64,000 nucleotides of DNA from positions 141,918,001 through 141,982,000 of the forward strand of contig OZ024741.1 in NCBI GenBank assembly GCA_964016885.1, read 5' to 3'. How positions within the stretch are numbered: the stretch's first letter is position 1; each line of letters opens with the position of its first letter. Under the pieces are notes generated by a model. That model was not told where the DNA came from and made no database searches. It worked only from the letters and a program-made list of their open reading frames with translations. Positions 51,649-63,400 of this stretch are shown here, piece after piece. Both the position numbers and the translations under genes were made by a program. Source of the DNA: Eledone cirrhosa. Taxonomy: Eukaryota.

Positions 51649-52729
51649 ACGATTCACATTGACTAGTTTTGAATACATTCTGGTGTTATAATACATGTGA
51701 TCACTCCACATAATTCGCAATCGTGTTATAAATGGATTTCTCTTCAATTAACTAGCCAGAATCTCCTAATGAAATTTTTAATTTAAAGGGATAACGATTT
51801 CGTTAATATCCAGAAAGGCAATAATACACTGCATGTCTTAGTTCCAATCTAAAATCCAATAAAGCTTTAATTATTTCATTAAGCAACAACACTGATACAG
51901 GGTGTTTATAACAAAGTTCTTGCGCAAATTCAAATGTGAATAACTTTTGATGTACAAATGTTAGGATTATGCAGTGAATTGCATATTCAAGCTATATTTA
52001 TATAGTTTTGAAACATGATGCCAACTTAAAATTTTGCTTATTAATTATAGTTTATTATACCTAATAGCAATAGCAACTGGGAAACGCTTTCAATTAGATA
52101 TAATACTAGTCAGCAGCACGATTTATCACGAAATATGGTTTCAGGTTGTTTGACAGAAAAGTGGACTGCATTACATAAAATTTGTATCCTAAGTTATTAA
52201 TGGTTAAAGATGTATTAAAACTTTATAAACATCCTGGATGTTGTTACAAACACTGTAAATGCTTGTAACTACCTCCATCTGCGTTTTAGATAGGAATCAG
52301 CACAGGGTTTGTTTGTCTGCTACCATTCTCTTCCAGGTGGTTTTCGATTTTATTTGCATGATTATCTGAAGCTGGCAATTCTGTCGCCAGTAGCGATAGC
52401 ATTCGTATTTATTTAAGAATGAATTTATAATTCAGAGATAAGTTTATTAGAGTAATTTCCCTTTAATATTTCCCATCCCGTAATTCAAAGGATTAAACAT
52501 AACCCACATTGTGTCCCACTGAAAGTTCCTGAGAATTACGTTAAGAGTGGAATGCTAAGCCACTTGCACTGATAAGATAAACTGTGCCTATAATTTAAAG
52601 ACCAGCCTTGTCACATGCATTGCCACGCTGAATTGAAAGGACCAGCTTTATCAAACTGTCTCGCTGAATCTTTCAGATAACTACGTTAAGGGTGCACGCG
52701 TCTGTGGAATGCTCGGTCACTTACTATAT

Positions 52730-52914
52730 AATTGTTTCTACTTTGGGCACAAGGCCAGCAATTATCCCAGTGTATTACTGGTGCTTTATTTTATCGACCC
52801 CGTAAGGATGAAAGGCAAAGTTAACCTCGGCGGGATTTGAACTCAGACCATAAAGGGCCGTAACTCTTTGCTGCAAAGCATGGCGTCAGACCCTCTACCG
52901 ATACTGCCAATCCA
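52730..52914 (-). mobile_element. Family A SINE
   Basis: Near-identical reverse complement of 24091-24280. Confidence 0.88.
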
Positions 52915-53214
52915 ACTATATAATACAAGATATACTGTAAGGCCAGCCTTGACATTGTGCCACGCTTAATCTCCCTGGTAATTTCGTTTGTTGTGGAAAT
53001 GTGAGTCACTTGCACGTTAAGTTCACGAGCAGGCTGTTCTGTTGATCGAACAACTGAAAAATTGTCGTCGAAACTGAAGAAGTCTTTTCCATTCCTTTAG
53101 TTTCTGGTCGCGTTAATTAGAATGTATGGGGAAAGGGGCAGATGTAGGGGGGGTAAAGGGAGAGTAGATAGATAAGGTAGGTAAGTAACCTAAGTAAACA
53201 TGAAAGAACAGCCG

Positions 53215-53940
53215 AACTCCCACTGTCATCGCCTCCATCTCTCTCACCCTCCCTATCTCTCCGTATGGTGAGCAAATGGTGTCGCACGCGCTGGCCTCCC
53301 TACAGCCCCGGCGGACAGAATGGAGCAGGCGTTTCCCTGGAGGATGGTAAGGTGTTATGTCTGTAAAAGGAAAAATGGTTTGTTTTTTGGGGGGTTTTTT
53401 TGGTTTTTTGTTGTTGTTGTTGTTTTTTTTTGTTGTTGTTTTTTTTTTTGGGGGGGGGGGGGTAGTGTATAAGTGACCTCTTGCTCATTTATTCTAACGG
53501 TATGTTATCATAACTTACGCACTATTAATCTCTTAACGAAATGTTTGTAATTCTCAACGTCTATCAGTTACCAGAGGTTAATGTACATTATTTTTAGTAT
53601 TTTTAACAAGGTCAGACAACTACAGATTCTTTGGGGTTTTTTTAAATATGAGTGAAAGTGACATTCGAACAAGTATGCCCCATTACCAATTAACTTACCC
53701 TCCGTCTCTGGGTCCCGGCCGACCGGATAGAGAATACATTACCCAGGAAGACAGTGAGGGAGACACACTGGAACAGCAACTCCATCTCACGGGGCTCACA
53801 CCTGCGGGCGGCCAACTCCGCTCCGATAGCAGTGAGTAGGGATGTGGTCCGGCCGGGGGCGGCCGAAACTTGGATAGTTTGCCCTCATCGGCTTGACGGG
53901 CAGCAGAGCCTGGGCTGGTAACCAAACACACCAGGTTGCC
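53215..53940 (-). mobile_element. Two further CRE-like 3' fragments (about 53215-53350 and 53700-53940)
   Basis: Similar to 33060-33400: agcaaatgg...gc.ctggcc...ggacagaat, gctcacacctgcggg..gccaact and agagcctggg.t.gt..caaaca. Confidence 0.55.
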
Positions 53941-54404
53941 ATTTGAGTAGAATTGGCTGAGTCAATAAAATGTCGTATAAAATGTTTTGCGCTATTCATT
54001 CCTGTTCTCTGCGTTTTGAGTTCAAATGCCACCAATATCACCTCTGCCTTTCATTCTGTCGAGGTTAATAAAATACCAGTCATCTACTGGGATCGATTCT
54101 TTTTCTATACCTCTTTCTCTCTTTCGCTCATTATCTCTCCTTCTGGAAGAAATGTACTCTGATCTGGAAACGGGTTAGCTCCATTAGATTTAAAGTATCA
54201 ATGACACGCCACATGTTACGACGGTGCCCCTTCGACTCTAACAAAAGTTAAAGTATCATGCATGTAATCTCCACTGCTTATAACTTACTCTAGATTATGA
54301 GACAATTATGTAAAGAAGGAAGGGTAGAATTCCAGCCTCATTAATGTGGTCCGCTATCTTGGCTAAACCAGGAATTAAGATCAATCCTGAGGGAGGACAA
54401 GGTA

Positions 54405-55258
54405 ATAATTGTTTCTGATTTAGGCTCAAGGACAACAATTTGAAGGGAAGGGGAAAGTCGATTAAATCGATCCCAGTGTGTTACTGGTACTTTATGTTAT
54501 TGACCCAATAAGAATGAAAAACAAAGCTAACCTCAGTGGGATTTGAACTCAGAGTGTGAAGGGGTATAACTATATGTTACAAAGCATAGTGTCCAACGCT
54601 CTACCTATAGTGCCAATCCACTGCCCCACCACCTAATGATGATGATAATAATAATTGTTTCTACATTTTGGCACAAGGCCAGCAATTATCCCAGTGTATA
54701 ACTGGTGCTTTATTTTATCGACCCCGTAAGGATGAAAGGCAAAGTTAACCTCGGCGGGATTTGAACTCAGACCATAAAGGGATGTAACTCTTTGCTGCAA
54801 AGCATGGCGTCCGACCCTCTATCAATACTGCCAATCCACCATCCATTATTATTATCATCCAATGATGATAATAATAATTGTTTCTACTTTTAGGCACAAG
54901 GCCAGCAATTACCCAGTGCATTACTGGTACTTTATTTTATCGACCCCGTAAGGATGAAAGGCAAAGTCAACCTCGGCGGGATTTGAACTCAGATCATAAA
55001 GGGACGTAACTTTGCTGGAAAGCATGGCGTCCGACCCTCTACCGATACTGCCAAATAATGGTTTCTTACAAGGCCAGCAACTTTGTGGGAGAGGAAAATC
55101 GATTAAATCGACCCCAGTGCGTGACTGGTACTTTGTTTTATCGACCCCGTAAGGATGAAAGCAAAGTCAACTTTGGCGGGATTTGAACTCAGATCATAAA
55201 GGGCCGTAACTCTATGCTGCAAAGCATGGTGTCCAGCGCTCTGCCAGTCAACCACCCT
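54405..55258 (-). mobile_element. Head-to-tail stack of four family A SINEs separated by TAA/TGA repeats
   Basis: Copies at about 54408-54627, 54655-54842, 54878-55053 and 55058-55255, each containing ggatttgaactcaga (B-box complement). Confidence 0.9.
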
Positions 55259-55259
55259 A

Positions 55260-55850
55260 ATAATAATAATATTAATAATTTCTTTATTAACCACACAGGG
55301 CTCACATTAAGGAAACATTAAATGTACTACAGGAAGATACAGTGTAGGTTTTGTTTATGTAAAATAAAATTTATAATAGTGACTAAGAAAAATAAACATT
55401 TAAAAAATAAAGAATATAAATTCCCAAAAGGTGAGACGACTCCAAGGGTCACTCGTGGAGATATCCCACAAAAAGCCACGGTCACTCTGTCCGCTAAGGC
55501 AAAGTGCCCTCACCAAGTTGTCCTCCTCCAATCTACAGGCCCATTCACACGGACTATGCTTGCCACTCTCACCTACCTTTCAACAAACTGGTTGAAAAGC
55601 AACACTGCCCTCTCCACTCTGATTTTCCTCTTCAAGAGAAATCTGAAAAAACTAATCAGTGCTTCGTCGAAGAGGAAAGTGGCTATCTTCAACCCTTTCA
55701 AACGCGTCCACTACACCTCCTTCGCTGTGGCCACCGGGCAGATAGAAACCACCTGTCCATCTCCTCTACAGGAAGACGGCAGTGTGATCTTCCCAATGTA
55801 CTCAGTTGATAGTTGGATCCGTCCTACTCGTGACAATAATACGAGTGCCA
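55260..55850 (-). mobile_element. Tx1-like LINE 3' end fragment with poly(A) signal and (TTA)n tail
   Basis: Minus strand reads AKEV*WTRLKGLK...ISFFRFLLKRKIRVER...FVER*VRVA (resembles a Tx1 ORF2 C-terminus), then a UTR ending AATAAAGAAATTATTAATATTATTATTA. Confidence 0.6.
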
Positions 55851-55929
55851 CTAACATGTTAAGCGCTGGTAAGTTATGTTAACCGTTTAATAACCATAAT
55901 TAGTTTTTCTTACTTTCTCTCACTTTCAC

Positions 55930-55987
<58 letters not shown>

Positions 55988-56277
55988 AGAGACAGACAGA
56001 CAAAGAATGTAAGGGGGGAGTGAATAAGTATGTAGGAGGGAAAATATGAGAGGCATATATCCGCTTAAAATAAATGGATTCGGAGCAGTTTCTTCTGACA
56101 ACGACAAAATACGATACCAAACATCCTGATAGCTATTTCCGCAAGTTTATTTTAGTAAATATTTCTGATGTTACTAATATTACTGGTTATACTAGTAATG
56201 TTATTTACATGAATAACTATATATATATGTGTGTGTGTGTTGAGGGGGTTGTTTGTGTGTGTGTATGATTGTATGTA

Positions 56278-56356
<79 letters not shown>

Positions 56357-56419
56357 ATAATCAGATTCTATGGAAATTAATACAGATTTTAAACATCTTT
56401 AAAACGATGTATATTTATA

Positions 56420-57010
56420 AAAGGAATAAATTTTATTGATTGAAACATAAACGATTAGAATCTACACATTTTGCCAAAAATATACAAATTTAATTATTTC
56501 GATAACATAGAATTCTAAAGCTCTTGTAGCGATGCCTTCTTAAAGGGTATTTTTTTGCAGCTGTTTAGTTGATGAAGACTTTTTATCTCAAGAAATTGTC
56601 GAAATGCTTGAAACAATCGTATGGTGAGAGATCCAGTGAGTTTTCTGTGTGACCCAAATACGTTCAAATACTAGGTTGTGCGATGTGTGGACGTGTATTG
56701 TTGTGCAAGAGTATCTGACCTTTTCTATTAACTAATGCAGCATACATACGCTGCAAGTTTGTATGCTTTTCAGCGATTTTTTTTTACAATATTACTCTGC
56801 TGTAATTGTTTCCTCGTTATTCCGAAAGTTTTAGTAGATTAATCTGGCTGCGGGAAACCTAACTGTCTCCATAACCTTCCTTTGGTACAGCTTCGACTTT
56901 AGGAAGTATTTAGTGGCTTCATCTCGATCCAACCTCATTGCTGAATGCCATCGTCCATTATATAGGATCCACTTTTTATCGTACGCATTAGTGCAATCAA
57001 GAAATTGCTC
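56420..57010 (-). pseudogene. Decayed mariner transposase
   Basis: FLD....YDKKWILYN...LDRDEA...LYQRKVM (compare DEKWILYDN), ALVNRKGQILLHNNTRPH (compare HDNARPH), DLSP..FKHFDNF and WQ.CVDSN. Confidence 0.8.
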
Positions 57011-57287
57011 GATTTTTGTTGGCTCTGTGTTCAGTTGCATTGCGTGGCACTTTGCGTAAATGTCCTCTACCGTTGCCTTGTGAGTGGAATCTGGAAGATC
57101 GAAACCCCATTTTTCATATATAGATGATTTTTATCTATAAATCAAAATCGGAGCGTTGACTCAAGGAATTTAAGATTATTTCTGTTGAGATTTGTTTCTT
57201 CAGAGAAAATAGAAATGATTAAGCGAGTAATGCTTGAAACGCAATTTAGCATAAATAAATTTGTCCTTCGGGACAGATATATATATA

Positions 57288-57643
57288 GTGTTAGAAAGTT
57301 AAAGGAACACAAACAAGAGATAGATATTTTCCCTTCATCAGTTGTCTACTACGGGTCACGGATGTTTCAGCGCATTATAGACAATACATATATCCGTAGC
57401 GCGCCCATAACTTATTATTGTAAATAAGTTATGAGGATAAGAAAAGACGAAAAAGAGGCGATAACAAAGAGAGAAAAAGGGAGAAAAAAAGAAAAAACAT
57501 ACCGATAGAAGGGGGAAACACAGGACCTGTGAATAAGTAACCGAGGGGAGAGAGAGCAAGAAGTTAAAAAAAGTTAGTTGGTTTTAAGACCAAGAGCCTT
57601 ATTAACAGCTAAGATGAACACGTCTATTCTCGGTGAGAACGGC

Positions 57644-57726
<83 letters not shown>

Positions 57727-58005
57727 AAGGAAACGGAAGTGGTAAGGGGGCAAAGAGAGAAGGGAAGAGTGAGGGAGAGAGAGAGAAATGGGGGAGGGAG
57801 TTAATCCAAAAATGTGGTAAGATGTAAGTCTGACCAGGAATAACAAAAACAAGCGGGATCGATAGATAGGATGGAGGTCACAGCAATAAATACATAAATC
57901 TGGATTGAGGGGGACGAGGCTGCGTGGTTTCTAATAACGAGTGTTAGAAAGTTAAGGGGAACACAAACAATAGATAGATATTTTCCCTTCATCAGTTGTC
58001 TACTA
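57288..58005 (-). mobile_element. ~650-bp non-coding unit with 65-bp terminal direct repeats, containing candidate permuted hammerhead copy 2 (57331-57403)
   Basis: 57288-57352 is repeated at 57941-58005. Minus strand reads gctacgg-ata-tatGTA-ttgtct-ataatgcgct-GAAA-cat-ccgtgac-ccgtagt-agacaa-CTGATGA-aggg. Confidence 0.6.
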
Positions 58006-58133
58006 CAGATGATTCTGTTAGCCGTAGATTTACCCATCTGCATTGTTGAGGGTTCCAAAACGACTATTTTTACTATTCCACAATGCTTCAAACTTCAACA
58101 CTCTCTTATCTATATATATATAGGAACAAGTAT

Positions 58134-58230
58134 GACCCCGACGGCAGAGCTCAAGCCGTTTCGACGGCTAATTCTTGACTAAATAAGAATTTTTAGCCTG
58201 GTAAATAAATAGCCGAACTTCTCAGGGGGT
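58134..58230 (-). ncRNA. Type I hammerhead-like fold with variant core (CUGAGAAG)
   Basis: acccc CTGAGAAG ttcggcta...tagccgtc GAAA cggc-ttgagctct-gccg TC ggggt, with all three stems present. Confidence 0.55.
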
Positions 58231-58471
58231 AATTCCTTATATGGGAGGATTGTAATTGTCAAAAGGATTGGTCAAAAAAGTTTGTTGTAAAGACAGATGA
58301 TTCTATCATGGCATTTGGTGGGAGGTAGGGGTAGCTGAACTTGCCGGTAGAACAAAGAGGGAGTGGGGGAAACCCAGTCAAGTGTTGAAAGTGAAATCTA
58401 TACAGTAGATTCTAAGTATTGAGTACTTTGGTGCGTTATGGTCCATCTGGTTCCTTACCACATTTCCTTCG

Positions 58472-58528
<57 letters not shown>

Positions 58529-58806
58529 CTCCATAGTTAATTTAGCTGATAATCAATGTTTATCATTGATTGACCAACGGTTAAAAATGCAGATATAAAT
58601 ATATATATATATAGTCTTTCAAAGTTCTTTCGTCACACATCTGTGACATCATCAGTGGTACTATTATGTTTCCTTCCATTGTATTGTAATGTCTACGCCA
58701 TTTTTATTTTATTTATTTATTTATTTATTTATTTTTGTCTCTGTTTGCGCATGCGTTTGCGTGTGTGTTTTCTGTTTGGTGTGTGTGTTCGTGTTTGAGT
58801 CTAAAA

Positions 58807-58858
<52 letters not shown>

Positions 58859-58966
58859 TATATATATATGTGTGTGTGTGTGAAAGGTAAACAGAAATAA
58901 CAACACAATTGGTACAGTATATGGAAGGGATATATTAGGTTAACACTTGATATAGCAGGAAGAGGG

Positions 58967-59002
58967 TCTTAACGTTTCGGACGCTAGTCCTTGATCAGAA
59001 GA
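58967..59002 (-). ncRNA. Minimal hammerhead-like motif (CUGAUCA variant)
   Basis: tctt CTGATCA a-ggac-tagc-gtcc GAAA cg TT aaga. Confidence 0.5.
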
Positions 59003-59141
59003 AAGAATGAGAAATAAGATAGATTGAGGAGACGGGTGGGTTGGAATAGGAAAAAATTTCTTTAGATAAAAATAACAGGTCCATATATGTTGACATCTCT
59101 TGCAAAATTGTTAGTGCTGGCGTTTTATATATATATATATA

Positions 59142-59960
59142 CTAGCAGAATGGCTCGGCGTTGCTCGAGATTCTAAGCATAAATTGGCATGTGTATCCCT
59201 CCTTTCTGAAACAGTACAGAGAAGTACGGAATACCTCGGCCTGGGGATGGTGTCTACATTTTGTGCTTATAAATGAATTCGTCGTAGATTACCAGGGGTT
59301 TGACTTAATTGGGTGCCTGAGAGTAAAATATTCAACCCACGAAAGCCAAGACGATAGGGTTAAGTAAAAAGGCATTCGACAAACCGAACATGTATTTGTT
59401 GTGCTATGGTATAATGAAAGCAATAGTTACAGAGCAGTAAGCATGTGGGACTGCGGTGGTGGAGAGCTTGAAGGATTTAGTTGGATACTTTTAAGTTACT
59501 AGCCCTAACGCAACCAAAATGCTAAACAATGCGGTCCCCGGGCAAAAATTTAAAATCTTTTTCAGCCAAGAAAATGTGTGAAACATAAGTAAAGTTTTTA
59601 AAAAAATCGATTGGGTACCTCTCGAGTTATAGGACCTAACGCAAAGAAAATGCTTCAAAAATTCGGTTTTTCGCTTAATGCGGTCCCTGGGACAAAAATT
59701 GAGAAAATCTTTTTTGCTCAAAACACTTTAAACGACATAAGTAATGCAAATTTTGAAGAAATCGCCTGGTTTATTGTTCCATTATACCTCAAAAAAGTCT
59801 TTCGCCTAATGCGGACCCTGCATTGAAAGTTTGAAATATCTTTTGCTCAAAACACTCAGACGACCATAGGTATTACATGTGTAAAATTTGAAAAAAATCG
59901 GTTGGGTGGTTTTCAAGTTTTAGGGAGAAAGACAGACAGACAGACATTCTCTGTTTTAGA
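59142..59960 (-). mobile_element. Non-autonomous Helitron-like element with internal subrepeats
   Basis: Left end A|CTAG followed by the hairpin ctcgg-cgttg-ctcgag. (GACA)n lies near the other end. Three 130-170-bp subrepeats (aatgcgg.ccc.g...aaatct.tttt) lie at about 59505-59900. Confidence 0.7.
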
Positions 59961-60124
59961 TATATATATATATATTTATATATATATATATATAGTAAGG
60001 TGTATTATTGGTTGTGCAAAACGATCCAATAAATTTTTGTTACCAATATTAAGTTCTCCGCGCTTTAGTATATCTCCAATTCCATTCAAGGGAACAGCTA
60101 GATGATGTAAAACGGAGTATGAGT

Positions 60125-60776
60125 ATCAAAATGAAAATCCGAAGGCGAGGTAAAATTTCCAATTATTTTAATCACGACACATGTTTCAATAAGAGACAGA
60201 TCGATCGTGAAGCCATGATCAATTATTACTGATCTCAGGTGAAAATGAATTGTCTTCAAATTCTTGATATGAGGGAGAAAATTAGCAATGTTCACTCACA
60301 CAGTTTATTCCCTCATATAAAGATCAAGCAGTCAAAATGCTGCGACTGCTCTCAACTTCAGTTAAGGTCATAAAACAATCAAATTTCTATATCCCAATAG
60401 CTGCAAGGCGCTGGACATCAATCAAATCTGTAGAAATACAGTCGGTCACAGTTAATGTGAGTGGGTACACACACACTTAACACCCACACACACCGACTCG
60501 AAGTCAAAGAAAAAATATATAAATATATACACACATCAACACCGTATCAAATCTGTAGAACTATAGACGGTCCCAATTAGTGTGAGTGGGTACACACATA
60601 CTCTCACACACACCGAAGCGATGTCAAAGAAAAAACAATAAATATAAGAATATACCAACATAGAATTCACCGAAAAGTTAGTTTACAAAACAACAAATGC
60701 TACATTGGTTATATCTCAATTTGACGATGCAAATTGGAAATATTGGGACAACCACAGCCCCATACACACACACACA

Positions 60777-60812
<36 letters not shown>

Positions 60813-61002
60813 CGTAAATTCAGTTCATTGCTAATTCAGTTCATTGCTAATTTTCTCCCTCATATCAAGAATTTGAAGACAATTCATTTTCACGTGATTA
60901 GATCAGTGATAATTGATCATGGCTTCACGATCGATCTATCTCTTATTGAAACATGTCTCGTGATTAAAATGACTGGAAATTTTACCTTGCCTTCGGATTT
61001 TC

Positions 61003-61008
<6 letters not shown>
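60125..61008. repeat. ~165-bp inverted repeat pair (60128-60290 and 60842-61008), probable inverted Penelope LTRs
   Basis: Arms are near-identical reverse complements. Their consensus gives ttcac CTGATGA...GAAA catgtg TC gtga. Confidence 0.7.
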
Positions 61009-61035
<27 letters not shown>

Positions 61036-61634
61036 GGAACAGGAGTGTTCTGTGCTTGCAAAAGTTAAAATAATATGACCAATTGTTTTCACTCTGGTTA
61101 CCTCATATTTTCGTACACTGTAATAAAACTGTTTTAATCCTTTGGGGGCAATTTTGATGGCAGATTCTTTGGCTAACATTTCTATGGCTTTCCATTATGG
61201 TATTGAATTATATATACGTGTGTATTTATATATGTGTATCTTTCTATGTATATAAGTGTATGTGTATACACATATACACATACACACATATATAGACATA
61301 TATACATACATGTGTATGTATATATGTGTATGTGTGTTTATTTATATATAAATATATGATCTATTGTTATGATGTGCAAAATATATATATATATAATCGG
61401 CTTCATCGTTTGTTGAAATATATGTATGCATGTATGAATGTATCTACAAACACACGCATATACGTATAATAGAGTGTATATAAAAGTAGACACGATATAT
61501 ATATATGAAGAATAGATATACATGAGTTGAGCTCTGAATGTTATGAACTATGCTATGTTAGTGCTACTACCAACAAATATATAAACAAAAAGTGTAAGTC
61601 AACAGGTTTAAATTAACTTCGTTTATTCATAGTC

Positions 61635-61693
61635 GCTGTTTTATATATTTCGCTGATAACCATTGTGCAACAGCTATGACCTCATCAGACAGC
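61635..61693 (-). ncRNA. Minimal type I hammerhead ribozyme candidate
   Basis: gctgt CTGATGA ggtcata-gctg...cagc GAAA tata TA aa-acagc, with AATAAA downstream. Confidence 0.55.
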
Positions 61694-61996
61694 TATGTAT
61701 ATACATATATATTAATTCTCAGGAAAATGGGAAAACTCGGGGTATGGAAGCTGGTAGAACAGCAAAATACCGTCGAAGCAGCGTTGGGTAAAATGTTACT
61801 TCGAAGGACAGAGATCAGCGGCTCGGTGTGAGTTAACTCGAAGGAAGGAAGAAAAGATAGGAAGGGGGGGGGGAGAAAGATGAAAGTGAACAGGTTAAAA
61901 ATATTAAAATATGCTCTTCAGATTTCGAATTAATTAATTCGTCGAAACTGTAGGAGGTCCAGATCTGCTTTATTAATAATAATAATAATAATAATA

Positions 61997-62185
61997 ATGG
62001 TTTCTACTTTTAAGCACAAGGCCAGCAATTAACCAGTGCATTACTGGTACTTTATTTTATCGACCCCGTAAGGATGAAAGGCAAAATTAACCCCGGCGGG
62101 ATTTGAACTCAGAATGGCAAGGGCCGTAACTCTATGCGTCAAAGCATGGCGTCCGACCCTCTACCGATACTGCCAATCCACCGCC
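61997..62185 (-). mobile_element. Family A SINE within (TAA)n
   Basis: Full-length copy with (TAA)n on both sides (61972-61997 and 62188-62211). Confidence 0.9.
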
Positions 62186-62358
62186 ATTAATAATAATAAT
62201 AATAATAATAAGACGATTTGTTATGACTTCATTATGTTTATTGAGTAGTGACGCGGGTTTCGATATTGATCAGCTCTGGGTTCTATCTGTATCGATCCAG
62301 CCCGACTTTGGAATCAAAAGCTCGTCGGACTTCTGATGTGGTAATGACAGAAACACAC

Positions 62359-62415
<57 letters not shown>

Positions 62416-62486
62416 AATGGCTTCTACAGGACTAGAACTGTTTCATTACTTACTGTGGTTACCCCCGATTGAACCCGGGATAAACT

Positions 62487-62527
<41 letters not shown>

Positions 62528-62724
62528 TATTTTTATTGTTTGACCCGAATTACTTGGTCGCTTGTTTTGGCTGTGCGGATGATCTGTTTAACTATCATCT
62601 CAGTGTGTTTGGCCCTTAACGTATGTTGTAGCTCTGATTCACATGAATCATCGAGCGCCTGCCACACATATCGGATGTTGATTTTCGTTAATTCCTGAGC
62701 TGAAATACGATTCTCGCTAATTTA

Positions 62725-62780
<56 letters not shown>

Positions 62781-62849
62781 TACGTTATTCCGGGTTGAAT
62801 CGGAGGTAACCACATATATATATATATATATCATGTATATACAAACGAA

Positions 62850-63400
62850 AAGGAGCAATGTGGAAGTTGATATTATTTGGGAATTTTCCGAAAACTATAC
62901 TTGCAAAATACTTCGAAAAAAACTTTGTTTATGATGATTGTTGTTGTTTGTTCATATGTTGTTCTTTTTGTTGTTCGTTGACGCGGTGATGTTGTTGATG
63001 CGTTGTTGTTCATGTTGTTGATGTGTTGTTGTTGTTTGTTGATCTGGTGTTGTTGTTTGGTGTGTTGTTGTTGCTGTTGCTTGTTGATGTGTTGTTTGTT
63101 GATGTGTTGTTGTTTTTAACATTCCAATTACTGTTTAGAAAGTAAATTATTACGCATGTCCTTTGCAACTTTGTATAAGAAACTCTCCGCACTATAATTG
63201 TTCTTCATGAAAAATATATACTTGATTGTCGTTATGACTATTGTGTGTAAGAAGGGAAAAACTATAGAATCAAATACGCACTATATCGATCACTGTGGTG
63301 ATTCGACAGATCGATATTTCCATTCACTACGTGACCAACAGTTTTCGGAAAAGACAGAATTATACAAATTTATTATGGTGTTGGAGTGGGGGTCCGGTAG
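62850..63400. mobile_element. Probable highly decayed Penelope remnant
   Basis: Plus strand HYIDH...DRYFHSLR...KTELYKFI resembles a Naiad-type GIY-YIG. The adjacent minus-strand Asn/Thr-rich tract resembles the linker in ORF 23377-23871. Confidence 0.35.

Noticed and set aside
55322-55882. 186-aa plus-strand ORF
   Set aside because: Antisense to a decayed Tx1-like 3' fragment, with no recognisable domain.
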